DNA of 53,829 nucleotides. Source: a virus (lineage: Duplodnaviria > Caudoviricetes). The stretch is taken from the IMG/VR virus record IMGVR_UViG_3300046167_000114, positions 1 to 53,829 of that record. One strand, 5' to 3'. Of this stretch, positions 7,545-18,659 are shown piece by piece; the stretch's first letter is position 1; each line of letters opens with the position of its first letter. Position numbers and translations under genes: made by a program. A model generated the notes under the pieces. The model did no database searches. It was not told the origin of the DNA and was given only the letters and a program-made list of their open reading frames with translations.

Positions 7545-8133
7545 ACCAGCGGTATTACCTCAAGGCTACACAAAGAATGTAGCAATGCACAAAGGTCAGT
7601 GGTGGTATGTTATGAATGGTGTACTGAAACAGCCTATAGTACAGTGTGAAGAGCGCAACAAAGGAAGGATGTTTGTACGAGAAGAAATGACTGCAGATAA
7701 TCCTCAAGGCTACATACATAAAGGTAAGGGTAAAAAACCACCACACCCTTATGTGTTGCTTGGATACCACACTCCAGGAGTATTTAAAACTTGGGATGAG
7801 GCATTAAATAAAATTAACTCTGAGTCTTTTGAGAAGGGTAAGAGCACAGAAGGTTACGTGTATGTTATAAATTGTGAGGGTGCGTATGACGGTTGGTTAA
7901 AAATAGGATGCACTAGATTTATAGAAAGAAGACTTAGCGCATTAAATACAGGATCTCCCTTTAGAGATTATAAGTGTTTACATATGAAATTCTTTTCTGA
8001 TAGGCACTTCGCAGAAGGTAAAGCGCATAAAGCAGCTAAGCTTATCTTTACAGATCACGACAAACAAAATGGTGAATGGTTTAAGGTGTCAATAGAACAA
8101 GCCATAGATATTATTGATAGGATAGAAGAATGA
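7537..8133 (+). CDS. GIY-YIG superfamily (T5orf172/MUG113-like) domain protein
   Basis: GYVYVI...KIG...RL..LNTGSP...GEWF. Confidence 0.75.
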   Translation: MIKPAVLPQGYTKNVAMHKGQWWYVMNGVLKQPIVQCEERNKGRMFVREEMTADNPQGYIHKGKGKKPPHPYVLLGYHTPGVFKTWDEALNKINSESFEKGKSTEGYVYVINCEGAYDGWLKIGCTRFIERRLSALNTGSPFRDYKCLHMKFFSDRHFAEGKAHKAAKLIFTDHDKQNGEWFKVSIEQAIDIIDRIEE

Positions 8134-8216
8134 TTGAAGCGGTAACAGGTGCATCTATACTTGCGTTCTTAATTATTGGTTTTGTATGTATCATATTGAG
8201 TGAGGTAAATAAATGA
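8130..8216 (+). CDS. Small membrane peptide (28 aa)
   Basis: MIEAVTGASILAFLIIGFVCIILSEVNK; ATGA-coupled on both sides. Confidence 0.5.
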   Translation: MIEAVTGASILAFLIIGFVCIILSEVNK

Positions 8217-8868
8217 TTGAAGTAACTTTTAAAGCCAGCATGGGTAATGACCTTACGGTCTGTAACGCTGCCCGTGTTTCATTCGGTAAAGAAACTGAGT
8301 GGGATTACGAAGAGTCAGATGCTTACAGCTTTAAGCAACACCTTAAAACAAAAGATAGGAAGCTTATACAATACCTAGCCAAACACAATCACATCAGCCC
8401 CTTTGGGCATTGCTTTGCCAGCTTTCACATCAAAGCACCCGTCTTTGTAGCTAGGCAACTTGTGAAGCATAAGTTTCTACGGTGGAATGAGATTAGCCGC
8501 AGATACGTGGACAATGAGCCTGAGTTTTACGTACCTGATACATATCGTGGGCGTAGTCTTGATAAGAAGCAAGGTAGCGCAGGTAAAGTAACTGTATCTG
8601 ACAACGGCTTTAACGAGATTGCATTGACAGAGTATGAGTACCTACTAGACTTAGGTGTCTGCCCAGAGCAAGCACGTATGGTGTCTACCACAGAGCTATG
8701 ATGACTGAGTGGTACTGGTCAGGTAGCTTGGATGCGTTTGCTGATATGTGTAAGCTTCGCTGTGCGCCTGACACACAAGCAGAGACAGCAGAGGTAGCGT
8801 GGGGAATTGATCGCATTATGGTTGACCTGTTCCCTGTGTCGTGGAGAGCATTAAGGGAGAATGGATGA
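8213..8868 (+). CDS. thyX: FAD-dependent thymidylate synthase (apparent indels ~8684-8698)
   Basis: HISPFGH, ARQLVKH, NEISRRY and EQARMV; the continuation MTEWYWSGSL...DTQAE lies in another frame. Confidence 0.9.
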
Positions 8869-9023
8869 TGAGAGGTAATATTAACGGTGCAATCAAGGCG
8901 TCAGCTATTGTAGCTTTACTGATAGCTGCGCCACCTGTGTTGATAGCTATGACGTATGACGAATACCCTAAGTACTGCAAGCTATCAATATTGCTACCAT
9001 GTATAGGAGTAAGTGATGAATGA
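8865..9023 (+). CDS. Small membrane protein
   Basis: Hydrophobic stretch SAIVALLIAAPPVLIAM. Confidence 0.55.
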   Translation: MMRGNINGAIKASAIVALLIAAPPVLIAMTYDEYPKYCKLSILLPCIGVSDE

Positions 9024-9231
9024 CATTAAAGTAACAGATGTAGAAGAGCACCGTGATGGTAGCGCTACACTACAAGTAGAGTGTGCCCCTGAGATATTCG
9101 CAGCCATCTTTAACGTAGGGTTTGTAGCTCTTATAAAGAGAGGCTTAGAAAGTGAGAAGTGGCAGACATGTGTAAGCTGTGGTGGCCCCGCTCAGAATGA
9201 TATGTGTGGCTTTTGCTTAGAGGAAGAATGA
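9013..9231 (+). CDS. Hypothetical protein with a C-terminal Zn ribbon
   Basis: CVSC...CGFC; AGGAG RBS. Confidence 0.7.
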   Translation: MMNDIKVTDVEEHRDGSATLQVECAPEIFAAIFNVGFVALIKRGLESEKWQTCVSCGGPAQNDMCGFCLEEE

Positions 9232-9232
9232 T

Positions 9233-9607
9233 ATGGCAGAACAAAAATTTGAAGATGCAAAAAGTGAAGGTTGGCTTTATGCAGGAAGAAACTCAAAAGG
9301 TGAAATTAAGTTTAGAAAGTACACAAACCAAGATCTGAATTATGTAAAAAAGTATCTTGATGATAAAGGTTTGGCATACTACGTACATGAGAAGGCTAAA
9401 TTAGTTTTTATATATAAAGATCCTGAGCCTGAAAGTCAGTACAGTGCTAGGTATGCTTACTACTATACTACTGGTATGTGGGGTAATGACAAAAGGAAGA
9501 AACATTACCATTCCAATGGTATAGAAGATTTTATAGATAGATTCTTTACAACTAAAGAAGAGAACAAGAAATATTGGGATGAAAAAAATAAGAAAGAAAA
9601 GACATGA
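9233..9607 (+). CDS. Hypothetical protein (AT-rich, Tyr/Lys-rich)
   Basis: 124 aa ORF with GAGGA RBS. Confidence 0.7.
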   Translation: MAEQKFEDAKSEGWLYAGRNSKGEIKFRKYTNQDLNYVKKYLDDKGLAYYVHEKAKLVFIYKDPEPESQYSARYAYYYTTGMWGNDKRKKHYHSNGIEDFIDRFFTTKEENKKYWDEKNKKEKT

Positions 9608-9765
9608 GTATGGCTGGAACAATAGAAGACATGCGTTGGGAAATAAAACTGTTGAAAGATGAAAACAGTAGGCTTAGACGTTTCATTAAGGATCACAAAC
9701 TGATTCGTGAGTTTGACGATGAAGAACGTAAGAGAGCCTTAGAGAGAGCAAGAATAAATAAATAA
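9604..9765 (+). CDS. Small coiled-coil-like protein (53 aa, not in the ORF track)
   Basis: Hand-translated MSMAGTIEDMRWEIKLLKDEN...RINK*. Confidence 0.55.
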   Translation: MSMAGTIEDMRWEIKLLKDENSRLRRFIKDHKLIREFDDEERKRALERARINK

Positions 9766-9786
9766 CTACACTTGTAGGAGACAAGG

Positions 9787-11014
9787 ATGATTGAATTAGC
9801 ATTACTAAAAACTCTACTTAATAAAGAGTTTTACGATCAACACAAAGGCATACGCTGCCCTGATAAGATCTTTACGAAAGACACACGTAAGATCAAACAG
9901 GCGTTAGATACGGCAATGCAGACGTATGAAGAAGATATGTCTGTGTCAGATCTTGAGGCTGTGTTCATGGGGCTTAATCAGACCATGACAACCGCTACGA
10001 AATCTGCATTCCAGGATTTGTTTCAGCGTTTAGAAAAGGCTGAACCTATTAAGAAAGACATTGCAGAAGATACCTTGAGTCACCTGTTTCAACAGTACGT
10101 TGGAGAGCAGGTTGCCAATCTAGGTTTCGACTTTGTTAATGGTAGCCAGAGTAGTCTAGAGCCATTACGCCGCTTACTAGAGGATTACAAAGATGATTTT
10201 ACTCCTAATCTCCGTATTGACTGGGATGATATTGACATTGACACATTGCTTGCTGCGAATAACCTTGAAACGCAGTGGAAGTTTAACATACCAAGTCTCC
10301 GTAGGAAGGTGGAAGGCGTTAGCAGTGGTCATCTTCTTGTGGTTGGCGCTAGGCCTAATACTGGCAAAACTTCTTTCCATGCCTCTCTGGTAGCAGGTAC
10401 GGATGGCTGGGCGTCACAGGGTGCTAAGTGCATTGTACTGTGTAACGAAGAAAGCTACGAGCGTGTAGGTGCACGTTACCTAAGTGCTGCAACCAACATG
10501 AGTATGGATGAAGTTAAAGAGAATGTATCTCTAGCACGTAAGCGCTACGATCCAGTAAAACAAAACATCCGTATCAAAGATAGCACAAACAAAGATATGA
10601 AATGGGTTGAGGCGGTAGTAAAGAATGAAAAGCCTGACATTGTTGTGTTGGATATGGGGGACAAGTTTGCAACCAAGAATAGCGATAAGTCAGACATATA
10701 CCTCAAGGATGCAGCCATCCATGCACGTAACATTGCAAAGCAGTATAACTGCTTGTGTGATCTGGATGTCTCAGCTATCTGCTGTTGCAGAAGGAAAGGT
10801 CTACGTTGATCAGTCCATGATGGAAGGGTCTAAGACAGGTAAGGCAGCGGAAGCAGATCTTATGGTTTTAATCTCTAAAGATCCTATCGTAGAAGGGCAG
10901 TCAGAAGAGTCAACACGGCGGCACCTGAACATTGCTAAGAACAAACTAAAGGGTGGGTGGCATGGTGTTGTCCATTGTGAATTAGATGGTGAGCGTTCAC
11001 TCTACACCGCTTAG
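9787..11014 (+). CDS. DnaB-like replicative helicase (apparent indel ~10750)
   Basis: Walker A GARPNTGKT, Walker B VVLD, SQLS and NIAKNK; the C-terminus is in ORF 10625-11014. Confidence 0.9.
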
Positions 11015-11022
11015 GAGAATAG

Positions 11023-13087
11023 ATGAGACTTGTATTAGATGTAGAGAACAGCATCACATGGCGTGATGGTAAGACGTTCATTGACCCCGTACGAGGTAGG
11101 CAACCACCTTGTTCAGGTAGGCATGGTAAATGCTGATAACAAAGAAGAGATTATGCTTGTTACCTTAGATCACAATGAGCATAAGGATTCAGATGGTCAA
11201 GGTAGAGCCTTGATACAGAAGTTACTTGATAAGACTACACTGCTTATCATGCACAATGCCAAGCATGATCTTATGTGGCTATGGGCCAGTGGCTTTACGT
11301 ATGATGGTGACATCTATGATACCCTGCTGGCAGAGTACATATTGTGCAGAGGGCAGAAGCCCAAAGAAGGTATCAGCCTATCAGCCTGTGCTATTAGAAG
11401 AGGCTTAGCAGAGCAGAAGGAAGACTACCTTACTGCCTGTATAAAGAAAGGAATAAACACCCATGAGACGGATCTCGACTCTCTTAGCATTTATCTTCGG
11501 GCTGACATCCTCACAACTTGTGAGTTGTTCCACAGCATCGAAGCAGACTACGCAACCCCAGAATCCAGATCCCTTCATGCAGTCAGAACCGTCACCTTTC
11601 AAACATGCAGAACCCTCACCGAAATGTACATGTCAGGACTAAAGGTAGACCTTGATGTATTGGAGCAGGTTAAGGAAGAGTTTGAGCTTGAACAGGCGCA
11701 GATAGAAGAGCGTCTACAGAGCCAAGTGCGGGATCTTATGGGTGATACACCTATCAACTTAAACTCACCTGAACAGCTATCTCAGGTTATCTTCTCACGT
11801 AAGCCTAACGATAAGAAAGAGTGGGCAGACATATTTGAGTTTGTAAAAGATAAGGCTGAGTTTAAAGGCTGCAGTCAATGCTAACTCTAAGATGCTGTTT
11901 AAGACAACAGCTTTTCACGTGCCCTACATGTAATGGGGCTGGACATACATACAAGACAAAGAAAGACGGTACACGTTACGCTAGGACCAAACAAGTGCAC
12001 TACCTGTGACTCAAGAGGCTATGGCTTGAAAGAGTCAAAGCAAATGGCCGGGCTTGGGCTTTAGTGCACCAAACAAGAAGTGGATCGCTCATAGTGGCTT
12101 TGGCACAGGAAAGGATAACTTAGATGCACTGGTGGCAACAGCTAGGAACAATAACATGGAAGCTGCGGCAAGCTTTATTCTGGATGTTAAGCGCCTTAAT
12201 GCTATCACTAGCTACCTTTCTAGCTTTGTTAACGGCATATCTGTGCATACTAAGTCTAACGGATACCTTCACGCAACTCTTAGCCAGCACATAACAGCTA
12301 CAGGTAGGTTTAGCAGTAAAAACCCTAACATGCAGAACATGCCTCGCGGTGGTACATTCCCTGTTAAGAAAGTCTTTGTGTCACGTTGGGAAGGCGGGAA
12401 AATTTTAGAGGCCGACTTTGCCCAGCTTGAATTTAGAGCGGCTGCGTTCTTAGCTCAAGATGAGGTTGCTATGAGAGAAGGTTGAGACAGGCTTTGACGT
12501 ACATGCTTACACTGCAAAGGTTATCTCTGATGCAGGTCAACCTACCGCTAGACAGGCAGCAAAGGAGCACACTTTTGCCCCGCTATTCGGCGCTACTGGA
12601 TATGGGCCGTAGCAACGCTGAGAAGGCTTACTATGAGCACTTCAATGATAAGTACAAGAGGTATAGCACAGTGGCAACAAAACTTAGCTGACGAAGCAAT
12701 GCGCTTCAATAAGATTACCAATATCAGTGGTAGACAGTATGCTTTCCCTGACATTGAGCGCAGAGCTAATGGTAGTGTCACACACTTTACTATGATAAAG
12801 AATTATCCTGTACAGGGCTTTCGCTACGGGTGATGTTACCCCTGCTGTACTTAATGAGTTTCACAAAAGATTGAAGCCACTAAAAGTCTGTGCTGATCAA
12901 TACAGTACATGACTCAGCGGTGGCTGACATACACCCTGACGAAGAAAAAGAGGTATTACAAATAGTTGCAGATCTTAATGACAATCTTGTAGATCTGATA
13001 GAAGATGTATACAGAGTACGTATGAATGTACCATTATTATTAGAGGCAAAAATAGGCCCAAACTGGCTTGACACAAAAGACGTATAA
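11023..13087 (+). CDS. polA: Family A DNA polymerase with 3'-5' exonuclease and DnaJ-like Zn-finger insert (several apparent indels)
   Basis: LDVEN, HNAKHD, TGRFSS.NPNMQN, motif A DFAQLEFR, motif B RQAAKEHTFAPLFG, NYPVQG, motif C TVHDS; insert CPTCNGAG...CTTCDSRG at ~11919-12021. Confidence 0.92.
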
Positions 13088-13097
13088 TGTATAACTA
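13068..13097 (+). promoter_or_regulatory. Putative promoter TTGACA-N16-TATAACTA
   Basis: The same geometry recurs at 43377-43406 and 51877-51906 on the - strand. Confidence 0.65.
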
Positions 13098-13131
13098 CAA
13101 TTTCCTGAAACGCTCATCGAAAGGAAACGAT

Positions 13132-13995
13132 ATGAGCCAAGAATTAGCAGTAGCACTAGACCGTGGACAATCAATGGCAGAGCTTATGGGCGTGTCTAAC
13201 AGCACACCACAGAGCGCAACGCCTAGCGTATCACGGCTTAACGTCAACCAAGAGATCCTAGAGAAAGAGGTATCTATGGATGGCGAAACATTTATGAAAC
13301 CAACCGTACCAAAAGGGGCGTACAAACTAACTACAGGTGATGATGTAGTATACAGTAAGACGGTAACTGTACGTGTCTTTGCTGTACGCCAACAGTGGCA
13401 GCGCTGGAATGGTGACACTACTGAGATGGAGAAAAGCGTTTTGGCTAACAGCCTTAACAAGGATCTCAAAGATAACTTAGGTGGCTATAACTTAGGTAGG
13501 CCATCAGGTTATATCGAAGACTTCAATGCACTTTCAGAAGCAACAAAGTCTCTCATTCGTAGCGTAAAGAGAGTTAAGGTATTCTTTGGTTTGGTAACAC
13601 TAGATAGCCCTACAGATGCTATGGGTGAAAAAGTAGACGGTGATTTCACGGACATCCCTTTTGTGTTTGACGTTAAGAACCGTGACTCACTAAAATCATT
13701 GGACGGTGTACTGGCGCAGATCAACAAGAAGAATCTCCTGCCACCTATGTCTACTATCAAGCTATCTCCTGCTGTAGGTAAGATCCCTACGGGTGCTACC
13801 TTTGGTTATGTTACTGCAGCAATCGGTGATAAGGTTGAGCTATCTGATGATGACAATGATGTACTGGGTAACTTCCTAGACTTCATTGAATACATCAATG
13901 GTTCACTCTTAGATAAACATGAAGAGCGTAGCTCTGATGGTCTGTCACACGCCGACAAAGAGATTGTAGCTTCAATCGTAGAAGTGGAAGAGTAA
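13132..13995 (+). CDS. Putative ssDNA-binding/replication protein
   Basis: Located between polymerase and exonuclease, acidic C-terminus, AAAGGA RBS; function inferred from synteny. Confidence 0.55.
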   Translation: MSQELAVALDRGQSMAELMGVSNSTPQSATPSVSRLNVNQEILEKEVSMDGETFMKPTVPKGAYKLTTGDDVVYSKTVTVRVFAVRQQWQRWNGDTTEMEKSVLANSLNKDLKDNLGGYNLGRPSGYIEDFNALSEATKSLIRSVKRVKVFFGLVTLDSPTDAMGEKVDGDFTDIPFVFDVKNRDSLKSLDGVLAQINKKNLLPPMSTIKLSPAVGKIPTGATFGYVTAAIGDKVELSDDDNDVLGNFLDFIEYINGSLLDKHEERSSDGLSHADKEIVASIVEVEE

Positions 13996-14841
13996 TGGAA
14001 CACCCTGCTGAATTAGCAATCTTCTCTTACTTACAGAAGGCTATGGCAGGTGAGGCATCAATGTCAAAAGAGGTGGCTTCTAAAGTCGCCTCTGATGTTG
14101 AGGCTGCTATGCTAAAGCAGTTTGCTAGTGGGCCGCGTGACGAGTTTCGTATGCGTATGTCCTAATCTTGGTAAGCCTAAGTGTCAGTTGTGGTATGAGA
14201 AGAATGACCCAAAGGATAAGACCCCTTTTCCACCACACTTCTTGATGAACATGATCTTAGGTGACATTGTTGAAGCTGTATTTAAGGGCGTCATGCGTTC
14301 TGCTGGTATAGACTTTAAGGACAATGATAAAGTCACACTAAAGCTACCTCACGGTCAGGATATCAACGGTGAGTATGACATGGAGTTGGACGGTAAGATT
14401 GACGATGTTAAGTCTGCATCTCCTTGGTCATACCAGAACAAGTTTGCTTCATTTGATGCACTAGAGAGTGGTGATAGCTTTGGTTACATCCCACAGCTTG
14501 TAGGCTACGCAGAGGGTGCAGGTAAAGGTGTTGGCGGCTGGTGGGTTATCAATAAAGCTAACGGTGAGTTTAAGTATGTCTCAGCCTCTGAGGTAGACAA
14601 ACAATCTGTGCTAGATGATATCCAAGATACGGTTGATTATATAGATCAAGACCAGCCTTTCGAGCGTTGCTTTGAGCCAATTGAAGAAACATTCTACAAG
14701 AAGAAGACAGGGCATAAGAAGTTAGGTACTGAGTGTGGTTTTTGTGCATTTAAACATAAGTGCTGGCCCAACCTGAGTACAGAACCTGCTAGATCATCAA
14801 AAGCTAAGAATCCAAAAATGGTAGATTACATTGATGCCTAA
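13995..14841 (+). CDS. PD-(D/E)xK (Cas4/RecB-like) exonuclease (apparent indel ~14160)
   Basis: RMS-NLGKPKCQLW, GDIVE, EYD..DDVKSAS, QLVGY and CGFC...C. Confidence 0.85.
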
Positions 14842-15268
14842 AAAACATAATACCAGAAGGTATCGTAGTGGCCTTGAAAGAGAGGCCGCTGCATTTCTAA
14901 AGGTAAACCAAAAGAAGGTGTTGTATGAAAAGATAAAGATAGAATGGGAAGACCTACGCTATCGGACATACACACCTGACTTTGAGTTAGACAATGGTAT
15001 CTTTATTGAAACTAAAGGTATCTTTGACAACGAAGATAGACGTAAGCATCTAGCAATAAAGGAGCAACATCCAGAGTTAGACATACGCTTTGTATTTAGT
15101 AACGCTAATGCCAAGCTATATAAAGGTGCCAAATCTCGCTATTATAACTGGTGTGATAAAAATGGCTTTCTGTGGTCACACAGGTTAATACCTGTAGAGT
15201 GGCTAAAAGAAAAAGGTAGACGGTGTAAGCTTGAAAGAGTGGCACTAAAAACACAAAGGAAGAAGTGA
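14831..15268 (+). CDS. T7 endonuclease I-like Holliday junction resolvase
   Basis: YRSGLE, YTPDF, IETKG and DIRFVF. Confidence 0.9.
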   Translation: MMPKKHNTRRYRSGLEREAAAFLKVNQKKVLYEKIKIEWEDLRYRTYTPDFELDNGIFIETKGIFDNEDRRKHLAIKEQHPELDIRFVFSNANAKLYKGAKSRYYNWCDKNGFLWSHRLIPVEWLKEKGRRCKLERVALKTQRKK

Positions 15269-15639
15269 TGTCTTACAAAGTAAAAAATGATGAAGTTGCT
15301 GTTATTATAAAGCCTGTTATGGATGAAGAGGGTAATTGGACACTTGAGTTAGCTACAGGTTTAGCCTTTGGTGAGGTCATAGATGCGCCTATGCCCGCAG
15401 CACATGCAGCTTTTGAGGCTGCGCTTTCTATGGCAGCGTCTTTAACCTTTCTAGCAGATTACCCTGAGTTTGAGGAAGAGCTTGTCGAATATAAACAGGA
15501 AATGCTAAAAGATATATTTCCTGAGCAATATGCTGCTGCTGAAAAAGAGTTATCAGATGCAGAAAAAGAAGAGGTTTACAGCAAGAAAGGTAACGTATAT
15601 ACACTTAATGCGTTCACTAAAACACAAGGAAGTGCTTAA
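15265..15639 (+). CDS. Hypothetical protein
   Basis: Coupled ORF in the replication operon. Confidence 0.7.
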   Translation: MMSYKVKNDEVAVIIKPVMDEEGNWTLELATGLAFGEVIDAPMPAAHAAFEAALSMAASLTFLADYPEFEEELVEYKQEMLKDIFPEQYAAAEKELSDAEKEEVYSKKGNVYTLNAFTKTQGSA

Positions 15640-15866
15640 TGGTAGATCCTGTAAATAAACCCGTACACTATAATCAAGCTGGGATAGAGTGTATAGAAGC
15701 TATACGTGCTATGACATGTAAGATGGATGGTACAAGTGCGTACATGGCTGGTAATGTATTGAAATACGTTTGGCGTCACGAGTATAAGAATGGTCTGGAA
15801 GACTTAGAGAAGGCGCAGGTATACTTAGGTTGGCTAATAGATAACTACAAAGAGAATCACAAATGA
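15639..15866 (+). CDS. DUF3310 (T7 gp1.7-like nucleotide kinase family) protein
   Basis: DPVNKPVHY, IECIEAI, GNVLKYVWR..KNGLEDLEKA..YL. Confidence 0.85.
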   Translation: MVDPVNKPVHYNQAGIECIEAIRAMTCKMDGTSAYMAGNVLKYVWRHEYKNGLEDLEKAQVYLGWLIDNYKENHK

Positions 15867-16036
15867 ACACCAAGACATTTAGTGTTATGTTTATGTTAAA
15901 CGTAGAGGAAGAAAACAACATTCTATCATCGTCTGATGAGCACCATCAGGAAGATGTTTATGACCTAATAACAAATGTTATGTATGATGTTGATGATGTA
16001 AAAATACGAAATTTAATAGTTAAGGAGCGGCAATGA
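15863..16036 (+). CDS. Small acidic hypothetical protein (57 aa, not in the ORF track)
   Basis: Hand-translated MNTKTFSVMF...VKERQ*; ATGA-coupled at both ends. Confidence 0.6.
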   Translation: MNTKTFSVMFMLNVEEENNILSSSDEHHQEDVYDLITNVMYDVDDVKIRNLIVKERQ

Positions 16037-16419
16037 TTAATGAGACAGACTTAGAAGCATTTGGTTACTTTGACATGTTTCAGAACAGCCCTGATTGGGA
16101 TAATGACCCACTACGTTTTTATAGCCAGTTTGTAGAAGATAAAGTTTTTACTAAGGGGCGAGAACGATTAGTAGAAAACACTTTGGGTCTTGTAGGAGAA
16201 TCAGGAGAGGTTGCGGAAAAGATAAAGAAACTATTTCGTGACAAAGGAAAGTTTAGTGATGAAGATGTACTGAAAGAGTTAGGGGATGTGTTGTTCTACG
16301 TTGTTGCATTATCAAACATCTTTGGCGGTAACTTAAAGAAGACTATGGAAATGAATATGGCAAAGCTGGATGACAGAGAGCAGCGCGGAAAATTAAAGGG
16401 TTCAGGAGACAATAGATGA
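16033..16419 (+). CDS. mazG: MazG-like nucleotide pyrophosphohydrolase
   Basis: LGLVGESGEVAEKIKK, ELGDVLFY and GSGDNR. Confidence 0.88.
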   Translation: MINETDLEAFGYFDMFQNSPDWDNDPLRFYSQFVEDKVFTKGRERLVENTLGLVGESGEVAEKIKKLFRDKGKFSDEDVLKELGDVLFYVVALSNIFGGNLKKTMEMNMAKLDDREQRGKLKGSGDNR

Positions 16420-18311
16420 GCAACCTACTACCAACAGACTATCAGACATTTATTCACAAATCACGTTATGCCAAATACTATGACGGTTACGGGCGTGAGT
16501 TTTGGACAGACACAGTAGAGCGCTACATGATCAATGTAGTTAATTCACTGCTAGACCCTAAGATTTGTAGAGAGATTGAGTCTGCTATACTTAGCACAGA
16601 CATCATGCCCTCTATGCGAGCGTTGATGACTGCTGGCCCTGCTTTAGACAGAGACAATACTGCTGGCTATAACTGTAGCTACTTACCCGTAGATGACCCT
16701 AAGTCCTTCGATGAGGCTATGTACATCCTCTTGTGCGGTACTGGTGTTGGTTTCAGCGTCGAGAGGCAGTATGTTAGCAAGCTCCCTGAAATACCTCAAC
16801 TCTTCGATAGTGAGACTACAATCGTTGTCAAGGACAGTAAGGAAGGTTGGGCTAAAGCTTTCAGACAATTGTTGGCACTCCTTTGGGCTGGTGAAATCCC
16901 TCAGTGGGATATTGGTTTGGTACGCCCTGCAGGTGCTAGGCTCAAGACGTTTGGTGGTAGAGCAAGTGGCCCAGCGCCTCTAGTTGAATTGTTTAACTTT
17001 GCTATCACAACCTTCAAGGCTGCACAAGGACGCAAGCTATCTAGCATTGAGTGCCATGATCTTATGTGCTTCATTGGTCAGATTGTTGTAGTTGGTGGTG
17101 TACGCCGTAGTGCTATGATTAGTTTGTCTAACTTGAGTGATGACCGTATGCGACACGCTAAGTCAGGCCAGTGGTGGGAAACAGCCCCGTGGAGAGCCTT
17201 AGCTAACAACAGCGTAGGGTACACAGAGAAGCCTGACATGGAGACATTCATGCGTGAGTGGACAGCCCTTGTTGCATCTAAATCAGGTGAGCGTGGAGTG
17301 TTCAACCGTCAAGCTTGTATCGATCTAGCAGTTAAGCATGGACGCCGTGATCCTAACCATGAGTTTGGTTGCAACCCCTGTTCTGAAATCAGCTTGCGCC
17401 CGTACCAATTCTGTAACTTAACGGAAGTTGTTGTACGTGCTACAGATACTATTGATGACCTAGAACGTAAGGTACGTCTGGCTACTATTCTTGGCACAGT
17501 ACAGTCTACGTATACTAAGTTTCCTTACTTGCGTAAAGTATGGCAGAAGAACACAGAAGAAGAGCGCTTACTTGGCGTATCACTTACAGGTGTTATGGAT
17601 AACCCTCTAATGACGCCTAAGAATCAAGGATTGGAGCAGACTCTTGAGCACCTACGTAGTGTGGCTGTCAATACTAACGCTGAATTTGCTGGTATGCTTA
17701 ATATACCTGTATCTGCAGCAATTACGTGCATTAAACCATCGGGTACCGTCTCGCAATTGGTGGATAGCGCCAGTGGCATACATGCTCGCCACAGTGCCTA
17801 TTATATCCGTACTGTGCGCGGTGATAATAAAGATCCGCTAACACAGTTTATGAAAGACAAAGGCATCCCTAATGAGCCTTGTGTAATGAAGGGTGACACA
17901 ACCACAGTGTTTAGTTTTCCTGTAAAGTCACCTGATAATGCGGTTACACGTAATGATATGACAGCCATTGAGCAGCTAGAGTTGTGGCTTACTTATCAGC
18001 GACATTGGTGTGAACATAAGCCAAGTGTGACAATCTCAGTGCGGGATGCTGAATGGATGGAAGTGGGTGCATTTGTTTACAGGCACTTTGATGAAATGTC
18101 TGGTGTATCATTCTTACCTCATACAGATCACACGTATCAGCAAGCGCCTTATCAGGATTGTACTAAGGAAGAGTACGAAGAGCTTTTAGCTAAGATGCCT
18201 ATCAGCATTGCTTGGTCAGAGCTTACTGAGTACGAAAGCGAAGACAATACTGCAGGTAGTCAGACTATGGCATGTACAGGAGATTCCTGTGAGTTGGTAG
18301 ATCTGACATGA
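16416..18311 (+). CDS. nrdJ: Class II (adenosylcobalamin-dependent) ribonucleotide reductase
   Basis: PSMRAL, YNC, NPCSEI, FCNLTE, KPSGTVSQL and C-terminal CTGDSC; no beta subunit nearby. Confidence 0.92.
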   Translation: MSNLLPTDYQTFIHKSRYAKYYDGYGREFWTDTVERYMINVVNSLLDPKICREIESAILSTDIMPSMRALMTAGPALDRDNTAGYNCSYLPVDDPKSFDEAMYILLCGTGVGFSVERQYVSKLPEIPQLFDSETTIVVKDSKEGWAKAFRQLLALLWAGEIPQWDIGLVRPAGARLKTFGGRASGPAPLVELFNFAITTFKAAQGRKLSSIECHDLMCFIGQIVVVGGVRRSAMISLSNLSDDRMRHAKSGQWWETAPWRALANNSVGYTEKPDMETFMREWTALVASKSGERGVFNRQACIDLAVKHGRRDPNHEFGCNPCSEISLRPYQFCNLTEVVVRATDTIDDLERKVRLATILGTVQSTYTKFPYLRKVWQKNTEEERLLGVSLTGVMDNPLMTPKNQGLEQTLEHLRSVAVNTNAEFAGMLNIPVSAAITCIKPSGTVSQLVDSASGIHARHSAYYIRTVRGDNKDPLTQFMKDKGIPNEPCVMKGDTTTVFSFPVKSPDNAVTRNDMTAIEQLELWLTYQRHWCEHKPSVTISVRDAEWMEVGAFVYRHFDEMSGVSFLPHTDHTYQQAPYQDCTKEEYEELLAKMPISIAWSELTEYESEDNTAGSQTMACTGDSCELVDLT

Positions 18312-18538
18312 GTGTATACACATTAGTGGGGCGGCTTGACTGCCCTCACTGCTCCAAAGCTATGGGGTTGTTGAGAGATAGCGGCCTTTCTGCTCAGTAC
18401 TACTCTCTCAATGACTCCAAGTGGTTACTTGACTTATTTAAGAAGTCAGGTATAAAGACTGTACCCCAAATATGGGATATAGAAGGTAATCACATAGGTG
18501 GTTACACAGACCTGAAAAAACTCTTGAAAGGAGAATGA
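18308..18538 (+). CDS. Glutaredoxin
   Basis: CPHC, TVPQI and IGGY; follows the RNR. Confidence 0.88.
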   Translation: MSVYTLVGRLDCPHCSKAMGLLRDSGLSAQYYSLNDSKWLLDLFKKSGIKTVPQIWDIEGNHIGGYTDLKKLLKGE

Positions 18539-18539
18539 C

Positions 18540-18659
18540 ATGACAGGTTTTGAATTTATGGCAGTTGCAACTATTGGTATGGTTGCTGTCGGTGAAGTTG
18601 TTGCTCTTACTGCAGAGTATGGCCCTGCACTTGTTGATCAAGTTAAAGGCTGGTTCTAA
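18540..18659 (+). CDS. Small membrane peptide (39 aa)
   Basis: MTGFEFMAVATIGMVAVGEVV...KGWF*; AAGGAG RBS. Confidence 0.55.
   Translation: MTGFEFMAVATIGMVAVGEVVALTAEYGPALVDQVKGWF

Noticed and set aside
16033-18538. MazG, class II RNR and glutaredoxin as novel auxiliary genes
   Set aside because: Routine in marine podoviruses; annotated as features only.
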